This document shows positions 38,092 to 47,882 of a stretch of 64,000 nucleotides of DNA, in pieces. Position 1 is the first letter of the stretch. Each line of letters opens with the position of its first letter. A model generated the notes under the pieces. That model had not been told where the DNA came from, did no database searches, and saw only the letters and a list, made by a program, of their open reading frames with translations. Origin of the DNA: a virus (Duplodnaviria; Caudoviricetes); IMG/VR virus record IMGVR_UViG_3300033066_000581, positions 1 to 64,000 of that record; one strand, written 5' to 3'. Position numbers and translations under genes: made by a program.

Positions 38092-38289
38092 TTAAATTTC
38101 CTGTAAGCTGGGGTGCGTACCATCAGCTAGCGTTTGCATATTAGACCAAGTCAGGGCGCCCATGACGTCCATAGGGTGGACATTGAGCACTCCGGCAACA
38201 ATTTGTGCTACCATTGTTGCTTCTAGCTTAAATCCAGCATCCTTAGAAACTCGGACAAACAATTCGCCAATAAGTTTTCTGTCGGTCAT
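38092..38289 (-). CDS. Hypothetical early protein (leaderless)
   Basis: ATG 6 nt below the -10 box. Confidence 0.65.
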   Translation of the reverse strand: MTDRKLIGELFVRVSKDAGFKLEATMVAQIVAGVLNVHPMDVMGALTWSNMQTLADGTHPSLQEI

Positions 38290-38295
38290 ATTCTT

Positions 38296-38324
38296 ATCAT
38301 ATCATAACCGACAGAAAAGTACAC
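38296..38324 (-). promoter_or_regulatory. Early promoter GTGTAC-N17-TATGAT-N6-ATG
   Basis: Repeated motif. Confidence 0.85.
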
Positions 38325-38411
38325 TAGAAAATGCGATATCGCCCGAAATTAAACGACGTTCGCCGATAGATACCTACCATAATTCTTGCCATCCGGCTGG
38401 ATGGCACTTTT

Positions 38412-38687
38412 CTAATACTCGGCGTCATCTTCGTTCTCATCGTTACCAGGATTATAGTTGACCAGGTCAACGTATTCGCCGAACTCGTCGTCGAAGATCT
38501 TGATCAGATTGTCGTAATCACCTTCCATCATACGGGTAGTGATTCCCTTGATCTCTTCCTTGGTTAACCCAAGTTGCTTGCCGAAGGTCGACACATAGCC
38601 CATCAGAACAAATGCGTTACCTTCAGGTCCACTAAGATCGATCTCACGGCGCCGATATCGCATATCATTGATTGTCTTGATAGCCAT
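38412..38687 (-). CDS. Conserved phage hypothetical protein
   Basis: IDLSGPEGNAF.LMG...GDYDNL...FD.EFG. Confidence 0.7.
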   Translation of the reverse strand: MAIKTINDMRYRRREIDLSGPEGNAFVLMGYVSTFGKQLGLTKEEIKGITTRMMEGDYDNLIKIFDDEFGEYVDLVNYNPGNDENEDDAEY

Positions 38688-38691
38688 TTCT

Positions 38692-39234
38692 TTATCCTTC
38701 CCAGATATGTCCGTTAGGTCCACCCGGGACCAAGCTGCGTTCAAGTTGATAGACGTTGATCGTCTTGACTGGTTTGCCGTTGAGGCCACCCTTGTAGATT
38801 TCCAGGTTGTCATTATCGAAATCTACCACATAGGACCATTCACAGCTGAACCCCATAGATGGCTCTTTGCCGAACGACAACGAATCTTGAAGCATCAGGC
38901 CCTTTGGTTCATCCAGGATGAGTTGGAAGATCTTGGCGCTTGTCTCCCGATCGAAAGGCTCCATGATCCGAGAATATTCTCGAGAATATTCTTCGTGATC
39001 AGTTTTACTGAGAATCTCCAACTTATCGATTAGTTCATTAGCCAATTCTTTAGTCAAGAACCGGCATCGCTTTACCCGATCCCTGAGATCCTTATATTGG
39101 CCGGTGTTGATGGCTGAGACAAGGATGTTGGCGATGTCACGGCCTTGGCCAGAAGGATATCCATCCCATTGGCCATATTGGGCGACCTTGTATTCGCCAT
39201 CGACGATTGCACAGATAAGATGCCGTGTTCCCAT
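38692..39234 (-). CDS. Conserved phage hypothetical protein
   Basis: MGTR...QYGQWDGYP.GQG...CEWSYVVD.D. Confidence 0.7.
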   Translation of the reverse strand: MGTRHLICAIVDGEYKVAQYGQWDGYPSGQGRDIANILVSAINTGQYKDLRDRVKRCRFLTKELANELIDKLEILSKTDHEEYSREYSRIMEPFDRETSAKIFQLILDEPKGLMLQDSLSFGKEPSMGFSCEWSYVVDFDNDNLEIYKGGLNGKPVKTINVYQLERSLVPGGPNGHIWEG

Positions 39235-39403
39235 TACATTACCTCCAACGGTTCATCACGAATAACTTCTAAATTCTTCTTATGGTCTGGAAGAAGCTCA
39301 CAGGCTTCTACGTAGGCCTTGTAGTACGAATCGCACCCATCAATGATGCCTAATTGCTTCTTAGACTTCTCATCGATGATGAGCCAAACCGGCAACCTTT
39401 TCA

Positions 39404-39607
39404 TTATTCTTCGTTCTCTTCAATATATTCAATAGTGACACCAAGGACTTTGGCAATATTTTGAAACATATCACGGACGGCTTCTTGCCCACTTGAGCCA
39501 AGTTCATCGTAATTTGCATATCCTACTTGAATACCATTCACGTAAAAACACTCGGATTCATCTCTGGTGTATGGCTCATTACAACTAAAGACTGGCTTAT
39601 CAGACAT
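39404..39607 (-). CDS. Hypothetical protein
   Basis: Operon coupling. Confidence 0.5.
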   Translation of the reverse strand: MSDKPVFSCNEPYTRDESECFYVNGIQVGYANYDELGSSGQEAVRDMFQNIAKVLGVTIEYIEENEE

Positions 39608-39821
39608 TAATCACCTTAAAAACAACATCCAGATCATACGCATTAGCCCATGACCATGTCATGGGAATGGCCGATTGCTCACAGATATCATTGGCGATCA
39701 GTTCGGCGTCCGCATCTTCGAAATCTTCTGCATTTTCCATGAGATCATCGACACAATCGACGTACCAGGCATGAGCAGCAGCGAAGTGGGCTTCGATTTT
39801 TTCAGCGGTGTATTTGGTCAT
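39600..39821 (-). CDS. Acidic hypothetical early protein (leaderless)
   Basis: ATG 6 nt below the -10 box. Confidence 0.6.
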   Translation of the reverse strand: MTKYTAEKIEAHFAAAHAWYVDCVDDLMENAEDFEDADAELIANDICEQSAIPMTWSWANAYDLDVVFKVINV

Positions 39822-39827
39822 AATCCT

Positions 39828-39856
39828 ATAATATCACAACCACCAAATAAGTACAC
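39828..39856 (-). promoter_or_regulatory. Early promoter GTGTAC-N17-TATTAT-N6-ATG
   Basis: Repeated motif. Confidence 0.8.
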
Positions 39857-39858
39857 AA

Positions 39859-42800
39859 CTATTTTCGGATAAAGTGATAATCCGCATCATGGAGTTCGGT
39901 ATTGATGACGTCCTTAAGTCTAAATCCATTTTGGTCCAACCAAATCATCACTTCCGCCCCCATTGGAGCCCCTGTATTATATTCGGTATGCTGCAACTCC
40001 AGGATCAAATGGTTGCAACTCTTAAGAATATTGACTGCTCCCTTCAGGATCGCGAGCTCTGACCCCTGGACGTCCATCTTGATCAGATCTGGCTTAAGAA
40101 TATCTCCACAAAGCCAATCAAGAGTCACCATTTTCATCATGCACATTGAATTGTCTGGGAAATAGTCCTCGGCCTCTGGATTTACGTTGATGTTTTCTCG
40201 ATACCTTGAGTTTCCACCCGGGTGTGCTAGGTTCTTCCAGAATGGCACATTCGACCTGGCCTCTTCGCCCAGAAGTTTCCCAGTAAAATATCCACTGACT
40301 CTTATATTTTCATCATAGATGGGATTCACTTCGTTCATGGCCTCGAAAGCATAGAATTCTGCATCTGGCCAAACTCTTGCGGCTTCATTAGTCCAATGGA
40401 GGACACAAGCCCCGATATCAAAGATCGTCTTGATATCGGGGTACTGTTCCTTCATCTTCTCCAAATACAACCGATGGTTGTTGGGAAGAAGTCTCTGATT
40501 TCCAAGTTCGATCAAACGTTCAAGCACCGCTGGGTCACTGGTGTGCGGTATAATTGCAGGAGTAGGCTTCGTAGGACGATATACCTTAGCCCCATGGTGA
40601 TCGCAGACAATTCGGGTATCTAGTACTATTTGCCACCCGGCAGCCCGAAGCTTTTGGCAGAAGTCAGCGTCCTCAGAGATTGTGTTGGCATGGTCGATGG
40701 CTGGATGATATTCAAACCATGGATATTTAATGGACTTTACCGCATTGACATCCACCAAGCAACATCCAAACCCAAGCCAATCCATATCTCTATAGACGCC
40801 AGGCTCTGCACTGAACGAAAATCTATTACCCCCTCGGCCGGCCTCAACCTGGTTCTCTTCATTCCTTTGGACATAGAGTCCACCTATTGCTCCGGTATAA
40901 TCATCCAAACCGGCGATCAACCGAATCAATGTATCCGGTGGGAACGAGATATCAGAATCCACAAAGAAGATGTAATCATATTGGTCTATACTATGAGATG
41001 CAATGAGATTTCTAACTTGGTCCACACGATATCCGAAGAAGTACTGAAAATCGGCCTTATACCCGGTCGGGATCTTCAAATCATAGATTGATTTGAACGT
41101 TTCTGGTTCAATGTACTTGGCTGTTGGAATGGCGATAAGGATACGTTCATCTGGTACTGATGTCTGCCCAATTGATTTGTCTCTTACCAAATTCTGTTCC
41201 ACTGGGTTCACCTTATAATCATTGAGGGGGTTGAGGTCGTTGTAGTATGTTGTAATATGTGGGTAGGCTCTGATCTTATATGGATCGGCCTGTTCTAGCA
41301 ACTGATAGAACAATTCAACGTCTCCGCCGACCATAGGATATTTCTTGTCTATCTTGAGATGCTCTTTATTAATACGGTCGTATAGGTCGACCGTAAAAAC
41401 TCTCAGATGGGTATAAGGTATACCCCAGGCGTGTTGATATCTTCTGTAGCTACAATCTTCTTTAACATCGTTTGGATATTCCTGAGCAACCAGTGGTACC
41501 TTATCTGCTAAAGACCAACAAGACCCGTATGAAAACTCAAGTTTATCTTCATGGAAGTCTGTGTTATACCTGTTGAATATTTGATTATCTGGGATAAGCT
41601 TATCATCACCGTCCAGAAGCATGATCAATCCACCGTAACACTCATACATCATATAAACCTGATTGTCTAAGCTGCCTCTACGCGTGTCATTGACTTCAAA
41701 TTTGAATCTATTTTGAAGATCTTCAGGCAGAGACGCGATAGTGTCTTTTATGATCTCTGCTGTACCATCATCGGATGCGTCATCGGTTATGAACATCTTC
41801 CAGTTATCATAGTCCTGGGTAGCAACTGACATGATGCAATCAGCAATATAATCACGGGCATTACGAACGGCACAGACCACGTTGATCATAGTCTCTTCTT
41901 TACGATAATGTTCTAGCCGTGATGAAGGTTCAGAAATCCTACGTTCGAACACCTTATCAACCAGAACAGAAGTCCGTTGCAATCTGCGATATTCATCGAC
42001 CGGTAGATATCTGTCCAGTTCCTTATATAAGAAGGCCTTCCACTCCAGGGCGATCTTGTCCCATTCTACCAGTCCCTTGATCTGGCTACAGGCTCCTACC
42101 TTCAATTTCCAACCGTATATATCGTCATAGGCTCGATAGACCGTATCAATGAACTTTTGAACCTGCCATCCCTTTCTGATATGTGGAAAGAGGTCATTTG
42201 GCACGACTGGATAGTCGATCATATAGGATCCTGCCTTTAGCGCAGTTTCGCCCAAGGCCCCGAACCGACACGTGATCACGGGCGTGTTATAGTATAACGA
42301 TTCTAGGGTTGATATCCCCGACGTTTCAGGGAATGCACACGGATAAATTGTGAATCCAGCAGTCTTAAGGATCCTGGCTATCTCATATTGGGTGATGACT
42401 CCGGTAAAGTTAACCGCCAACTTTTGATAACGGGAATCGGTACTATACAGAACCCATTGTTTTTCCTGCTCGTCAGGTTGGCCCATATTATAGTATCCGC
42501 CTATAACCGTCAAATAGGCATCAGGGATGAGTTCCTTAACCCGAGGCCAAATATCCTCAAGAAGAACCCCTAGGCCCTTCGACACAGAAGCATTGTACAC
42601 GAAATGGTTACGATCCTTCTCTACATCATCCAACGTATCATGGGGGTTAACACCATTTCGTGTCTGCCAGATGGAATTCTTAAGTACCTCATAGTTCCGA
42701 CGCTGGCCATGTGTGCTGTTGGTGACGTACGTAGTATGAAAATCTGACAGGGTGAAGATACGATCGATATGCTTTTCAACGACCAACTCTTCAAGAAACT

Positions 42801-43212
42801 GTTCAGCGACACAGAAGGTATCATGAAGCCAGACTGCCTTGAACTTGGAGTTCTCGACTATGTCATTGAATAAGCCCACCTCGTATTCAACCCCGTTCCA
42901 TGTCATCTTGGACGGATGGCCTAGATCATTCCTAAGAAACGGAATGCAGGTTCTTGATGAGATGACAACGTCGAAAACCTTTTCCTTGATATCTTCGATT
43001 GTTTTCCATGGCGCATATACCACGGATGTCTCACCAGTTTCGTCTAGCCATGGCTCTTTTACGTTATTGAAGACTGTGACGTTGCATCCAATCTTCGATA
43101 ATTCCTTAGAAAGATATACTACAGCTGATTCTGACCCGCCAAGGCCTTTATGCTGTACAGTTGATCCGTCATACTCAAGACCAATTAGATCGATAATCGC
43201 TATATTCATCAT
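39859..43212 (-). CDS. Giant multi-domain enzyme: GT-B (GT4-like) + GT-A (GT2) + second GT-A-like domain + FkbM methyltransferase
   Basis: GLGGSE, WLHD, YPCAFPETSGISTLES; DDASDD, LDGDD; FFVDSD, GFGCCL, SEDADFC; DIGACVLHW, DLIKMDVQGSE. Start probably at MMNIAII rather than 43266. Confidence 0.88.
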   Translation of the reverse strand: MMNIAIIDLIGLEYDGSTVQHKGLGGSESAVVYLSKELSKIGCNVTVFNNVKEPWLDETGETSVVYAPWKTIEDIKEKVFDVVISSRTCIPFLRNDLGHPSKMTWNGVEYEVGLFNDIVENSKFKAVWLHDTFCVAEQFLEELVVEKHIDRIFTLSDFHTTYVTNSTHGQRRNYEVLKNSIWQTRNGVNPHDTLDDVEKDRNHFVYNASVSKGLGVLLEDIWPRVKELIPDAYLTVIGGYYNMGQPDEQEKQWVLYSTDSRYQKLAVNFTGVITQYEIARILKTAGFTIYPCAFPETSGISTLESLYYNTPVITCRFGALGETALKAGSYMIDYPVVPNDLFPHIRKGWQVQKFIDTVYRAYDDIYGWKLKVGACSQIKGLVEWDKIALEWKAFLYKELDRYLPVDEYRRLQRTSVLVDKVFERRISEPSSRLEHYRKEETMINVVCAVRNARDYIADCIMSVATQDYDNWKMFITDDASDDGTAEIIKDTIASLPEDLQNRFKFEVNDTRRGSLDNQVYMMYECYGGLIMLLDGDDKLIPDNQIFNRYNTDFHEDKLEFSYGSCWSLADKVPLVAQEYPNDVKEDCSYRRYQHAWGIPYTHLRVFTVDLYDRINKEHLKIDKKYPMVGGDVELFYQLLEQADPYKIRAYPHITTYYNDLNPLNDYKVNPVEQNLVRDKSIGQTSVPDERILIAIPTAKYIEPETFKSIYDLKIPTGYKADFQYFFGYRVDQVRNLIASHSIDQYDYIFFVDSDISFPPDTLIRLIAGLDDYTGAIGGLYVQRNEENQVEAGRGGNRFSFSAEPGVYRDMDWLGFGCCLVDVNAVKSIKYPWFEYHPAIDHANTISEDADFCQKLRAAGWQIVLDTRIVCDHHGAKVYRPTKPTPAIIPHTSDPAVLERLIELGNQRLLPNNHRLYLEKMKEQYPDIKTIFDIGACVLHWTNEAARVWPDAEFYAFEAMNEVNPIYDENIRVSGYFTGKLLGEEARSNVPFWKNLAHPGGNSRYRENINVNPEAEDYFPDNSMCMMKMVTLDWLCGDILKPDLIKMDVQGSELAILKGAVNILKSCNHLILELQHTEYNTGAPMGAEVMIWLDQNGFRLKDVINTELHDADYHFIRK

Positions 43213-43223
43213 CTTCTCACTTC

Positions 43224-43231
43224 TATAAATA
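43224..43231 (+). promoter_or_regulatory. T4-type late promoter TATAAATA
   Basis: Exact consensus upstream of the tail-fibre operon. Confidence 0.85.
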
Positions 43232-43268
43232 CCAAATAAGATTCCATTAGAAGGACAGCTCGCCAATT

Positions 43269-45128
43269 ATGGCAAATACCGTGAACGCAAGGATCATCCT
43301 AAAAACTAATGGTGTAACTGGGGCAAGGCCATCAACTAGCGACCTACACGACGGTGAGATCGCAATCAACACGTTTGATGGTAAGCTATTTATCAAGAAA
43401 ACCCAGGGTGTTGCCCAGACCATCGAAGAACTGGGTTACACAGGATCGCAGGGTTACACCGGGTCTCGCGGTGATACCGGTTACGCCGGATCGCAGGGGG
43501 TTCAAGGCCTGATTGGTTACACTGGCTCTCAAGGAATTCAGGGTATACAAGGTGTAACCGGTTACACTGGGTCAAAGGGCGACCAAGGAATTCAAGGAGT
43601 TCAGGGTTACACCGGATCTCAGGGCATTCAAGGTATCCAAGGAGTTCAGGGTTACACTGGGTCAAAAGGTGACGTCGGTTATACTGGGTCTTTTGGTTAC
43701 ACCGGTTCACAAGGACCTATCGGTTATACAGGTTCTCAAGGAGTTACCGGATACACAGGATCGCTTGGTGGTTTGGGGTATACAGGATCGAAAGGTGACC
43801 CCGGAAATTTTGGTGGCGCAACCTTCTATTATGATTTCTCCACCAACACGTCCGATACCGATCCAACTACCGGTGTTCTGAAATTCAACAACGCTGACAT
43901 CTCTCTGGCAACCCAGCTGTATATCGACGATGAGGATATCCATGCTACGGATATCCAACAGTTCCTGAGAACCATTGACGACAGCACCTCTGCTGTCAAA
44001 GGCCATTTCAAGATCTCGAACTCGATCGACCCTACCGATTTCGCTATCTTTACAATCAGTGGGCTAACCGAGGCTACCGGGTATTTCAAGGTAGATTGTT
44101 CGTTCGTCTCGGGCCCGGCCTCATCGTTCTCTGCCGGCGAAGACATCGTCATCACCTTTGCAAGAACCGGAGATAAGGGGGACACAGGATACACTGGTTC
44201 GATCGGCGGACTAGGATACACTGGGTCTGCCGGGACGAACGGTGCGCAAGGTTACACCGGTTCACAAGGACCTATCGGTTATACTGGTTCTCAAGGTGAT
44301 GTAGGGTCTCAAGGCCCGTTAGGTTACACCGGGTCTAAAGGTGACCAGGGTATCCAGGGTGTAATCGGTTACACTGGGTCAAAAGGTGCTGATGGTGCAG
44401 CCGGAGCAACCGGATACACTGGATCTCAAGGTGATCAAGGTATTCAAGGGGTCATCGGATATACAGGATCGAAAGGTGATCAGGGGAACCAAGGTCCAAT
44501 CGGCTATACCGGTTCTCAGGGAGCAACGGGTTACACTGGCTCGAAAGGTGACCAAGGAACTCAAGGCGTAACAGGCTATACGGGATCTCAAGGTGCCATC
44601 GGTTACACTGGATCTCAAGGGCCTATAGGTTATACGGGATCTCAAGGAGCGATCGGATACACAGGATCTCAAGGAGCTATCGGATACACAGGGTCTGCCG
44701 GTTCCCAGGGGGCTATCGGTTACACAGGATCAAAAGGTGATCTAGGTTATACCGGATCTGTCGGAGTTGCGACGGTTTCAATTCCGTTCGTCATCGAAGG
44801 GGGCGGAGCGGTGATCGCAACAGGGATCAAAGGAGACCTTCCCATCCCGTTCAACTGTCAGATCAACTCAGTGACACTTTTAGCAGACCAAAACGGGTCC
44901 ATCGTGATCGATATCTGGAAAGATACCTATGCCAACTATCCACCAACCGCTGCAGACTCTATCGTAGCCTCAGCAAAACCAACGATCTCGGCATCCAATA
45001 AATCGTTGGATTCGACATTGACCGGGTGGTCTAATACTGTCACAGCCGGTAGCACACTAAGATTTAACGTAGATTCAGCGTCGACAATTACCAGATGCAC
45101 AGTCTCACTTGGAGTAACTAAAACATAA
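43269..45128 (+). CDS. Collagen-like tail fibre protein (GYTGSQG/GYTGSKG Gly-X-Y repeats)
   Basis: GEIAINTFDGKLFIK N-domain; two long G-X-Y tracts. Confidence 0.85.
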   Translation: MANTVNARIILKTNGVTGARPSTSDLHDGEIAINTFDGKLFIKKTQGVAQTIEELGYTGSQGYTGSRGDTGYAGSQGVQGLIGYTGSQGIQGIQGVTGYTGSKGDQGIQGVQGYTGSQGIQGIQGVQGYTGSKGDVGYTGSFGYTGSQGPIGYTGSQGVTGYTGSLGGLGYTGSKGDPGNFGGATFYYDFSTNTSDTDPTTGVLKFNNADISLATQLYIDDEDIHATDIQQFLRTIDDSTSAVKGHFKISNSIDPTDFAIFTISGLTEATGYFKVDCSFVSGPASSFSAGEDIVITFARTGDKGDTGYTGSIGGLGYTGSAGTNGAQGYTGSQGPIGYTGSQGDVGSQGPLGYTGSKGDQGIQGVIGYTGSKGADGAAGATGYTGSQGDQGIQGVIGYTGSKGDQGNQGPIGYTGSQGATGYTGSKGDQGTQGVTGYTGSQGAIGYTGSQGPIGYTGSQGAIGYTGSQGAIGYTGSAGSQGAIGYTGSKGDLGYTGSVGVATVSIPFVIEGGGAVIATGIKGDLPIPFNCQINSVTLLADQNGSIVIDIWKDTYANYPPTAADSIVASAKPTISASNKSLDSTLTGWSNTVTAGSTLRFNVDSASTITRCTVSLGVTKT

Positions 45129-47692
45129 TGACAGTTCTAGCAGCGATCGCTAACGGAAACTTTACATCGGCTTCAACTTGGGGGATCGTCGATTCCACAT
45201 CATACCTGGATTCTGAGGCCTCTTCAACGGCTCTGACAACATCATATGTCTCTTCGGCCAACGTCACACCTGGCGCCATCACTGTTGATGGTGTTGGTGT
45301 TAAGATTGGAGCCAGAAACACAACTACCGGTACTATGACAGTCCAATTGTATAACTCAACTGGGGCTGTTGATGTTGCAAACGTCACCATTAATACTGCA
45401 GATATTCCGCTGTCGAGTACGTCTGATCAGGCCGGCGGGTGGGTATTCTTTAAGTTTGCTTCCCCAGTGCTTCTGCTGGCCGCAACCAACTATCAAGTAA
45501 GAGCTTTGGTTTCATCGGCTTCTTCTATCACGCTTTTCAGAAATGCTACTGCAGGAAACTGGTCTAGATACCTGCGCAGAACTACAACCCAAGCTCCAGC
45601 AGCCGGTGATGACGTTATTATCACGGCGGAACATACTGGGACAGGAACTAAAATCGTCAGATCAGTAACCATGGATTCTACGGCTGCTACTGATTACGGC
45701 TCTGCAGCAACTGCAAACACATCAGCTGCAGTTCATATCTCAACTGGCGGAATTCTATCGTATGGAACAACAGCATCTACGAACTATGTGATGCGGATCT
45801 CCGGAAACCTGCAGGTTTACGCCAACGGTATCTTCAATATGGGATCTGTTGGAGCTGAGATCCCCAGAAACTCTACCGCAATTCTGGAATTCGACTGCGC
45901 TGCCGACGGTGACTTTGGGTTGATCATGAGAAACCTGGCCAACGTATCTATTCAGGGGTTGTCTAGAACGTCCGGAAAATCAGCTACTTGGTGTTATCTT
46001 AACACGGACGAAGCAATTGCTTCAACATCACTTGGTGTCGACACCGACACGGGATGGCTGGATAACGACGTCATCGTTGTGACCACGACAACAAGAACTG
46101 TTGCTCAGAGCGAAGCCGGCGCACTCAATGGTGCTGCTGGAGCATCAACACTAACCGTCGATGGGTTTGCTGGGGCCGGAGGTGGATTAGCATTTGCACA
46201 CTCCGGAACTACACCATTTGCTGCTGAAGTTGGCCTGATTACCAGAAATGTGATCGTCAGAGCTGTTACGTCGACGTTCACTACGTTTGTCATGGGGTCT
46301 GCAACGTGTACGTTTGATGCAGACTGGGCTCAATTTCAATACATGGGATCTAGTGGTGGAACCAACAAATACGGAATAAACTTGGTGCCAGGTGCTGGAG
46401 GAGTTAACTCGGTTAACTATTGTTCTATTACCGACTTTGAATACTCTGCCATCTATATTTCACCAACGTCTACAGGTGTCGTGGATGTTTCAAATAACGT
46501 AATTTGGAAGGGAACAAGTGGAACTTCGGGAAGCTATGGAATATTCATTTTCTCGGCCATAACGTCAACTAATACGTATAACAACAACCTTATCATCGGC
46601 TGGACAGGAGGACCAACATATGGCATCTTCGTCTCTGGCACCAAGGGCCCTATTACCAACTCAGCTATTGTTGGATGCCAATATGGTTTGTTCTGGTCAA
46701 GCAAGACAGAAGTAGTTTCAGGCACCGCTAATGCAGTATCTAACGTTGTAATTCACGGTGGATGTAGCCGGGCGTTTTATACAAACCTTATTCCGGCGAA
46801 TATCGTAATTCACAACCTACGAACGATCAGAAATAGTATCGGTATATCAATGGTTGACGTCACATCACAATCAGCCGGTATGGTCATGGCCAATGGGGTA
46901 TTCTCAGATTTCCTCTCTCTAGGAGATACAACCGGCATTCAATATGCCGGCACAAACGGGATGTTTGCTAGATATTTCTTCCGAAACCCTATCGTCTCAG
47001 GCGATACGACATTTTCTATGACCGATGCCCTGAACTTTGATTCTGGGCATGCCGAGATGATCTTCGAGAACCCCAAATTCAGCTTGGCCACCGGATACTA
47101 TACGATCGCCACTAACAGGGACATCATGATCGGAAACGGTGGATTCTTCTCGTATCGACTTATGCCACAGATCACCATGAGAAACCCGACCCTAGGAGCA
47201 ACTACTACCATGGCCGGTAACCTAGATCTTATGGCTCTTGGGTCGTATATCAAACTTCATACGATTGCCGGAAACACGTACAACTACAAAACAACGTGGG
47301 GTGGGAACAACATCTCACAGTCGAACACGTCTGTTGCGTATGGGTCAGAAAACGTTTCTGAACAACTAATTCCCCAGTCAGCAAACGTTAAGTTCGAGAG
47401 CTCACCGTGTAAAGTTCAAGTGAATTCTGGAACAACTGCCAACATCTCAGTCAGAATCTATAAGCTGAACACGTACAACGGCAACGAACCTAGACTGATC
47501 CTGAAATCCAACTACCTGATGACAGGGAATGCTTCAGACTTGGTAATGAATACGTTCTCCGGATCTACTAACACATGGGTGGAAGTGACCTGTACGACTC
47601 CTACTGCTGGGGAGAATGGCGTCTTTACCTTCGTTGTCGATATCGACGGAACAGCAGGTAGCGTTAACATTGGAAGGTGGGCAGTGTCATGA
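45128..47692 (+). CDS. Tail fibre/spike, beta-helix-rich receptor-binding candidate
   Basis: Ser/Thr/Gly/Asn-rich; AEVGLITRNV motif; late operon. Confidence 0.65.
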   Translation: MTVLAAIANGNFTSASTWGIVDSTSYLDSEASSTALTTSYVSSANVTPGAITVDGVGVKIGARNTTTGTMTVQLYNSTGAVDVANVTINTADIPLSSTSDQAGGWVFFKFASPVLLLAATNYQVRALVSSASSITLFRNATAGNWSRYLRRTTTQAPAAGDDVIITAEHTGTGTKIVRSVTMDSTAATDYGSAATANTSAAVHISTGGILSYGTTASTNYVMRISGNLQVYANGIFNMGSVGAEIPRNSTAILEFDCAADGDFGLIMRNLANVSIQGLSRTSGKSATWCYLNTDEAIASTSLGVDTDTGWLDNDVIVVTTTTRTVAQSEAGALNGAAGASTLTVDGFAGAGGGLAFAHSGTTPFAAEVGLITRNVIVRAVTSTFTTFVMGSATCTFDADWAQFQYMGSSGGTNKYGINLVPGAGGVNSVNYCSITDFEYSAIYISPTSTGVVDVSNNVIWKGTSGTSGSYGIFIFSAITSTNTYNNNLIIGWTGGPTYGIFVSGTKGPITNSAIVGCQYGLFWSSKTEVVSGTANAVSNVVIHGGCSRAFYTNLIPANIVIHNLRTIRNSIGISMVDVTSQSAGMVMANGVFSDFLSLGDTTGIQYAGTNGMFARYFFRNPIVSGDTTFSMTDALNFDSGHAEMIFENPKFSLATGYYTIATNRDIMIGNGGFFSYRLMPQITMRNPTLGATTTMAGNLDLMALGSYIKLHTIAGNTYNYKTTWGGNNISQSNTSVAYGSENVSEQLIPQSANVKFESSPCKVQVNSGTTANISVRIYKLNTYNGNEPRLILKSNYLMTGNASDLVMNTFSGSTNTWVEVTCTTPTAGENGVFTFVVDIDGTAGSVNIGRWAVS

Positions 47693-47847
47693 GTTATGGA
47701 AGCTTACGATACTTCGAAGATGGTCGCCCACATCTGTATTATATCAGTACAGAATCCATGAAATACATATCAGATGCTAGTCCATTTGTGTTGTTGAGGA
47801 AGCTTATTACTAGAATCGGCAACGCTTTTGCTTTCTTGTCTGGATAA
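47689..47847 (+). CDS. Small hypothetical protein (52 aa)
   Basis: ATGA overlap; stop lies inside the GATAAATA late promoter (47843-47850). Confidence 0.45.
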   Translation: MSYGSLRYFEDGRPHLYYISTESMKYISDASPFVLLRKLITRIGNAFAFLSG

Positions 47848-47882
47848 ATATAAGAAAAGATTGAGGGAAAGGGAACTCAACG

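Noticed and set aside
37170-38144. 324-aa plus-strand ORF
   Set aside because: Antisense shadow of rnlA; no motifs; long antisense frames are common across this window
43430-44760. Repeats as a CRISPR array or DNA-level element
   Set aside because: They are degenerate codons for GYTGSQG collagen-like repeats, with no invariant repeat-spacer structure
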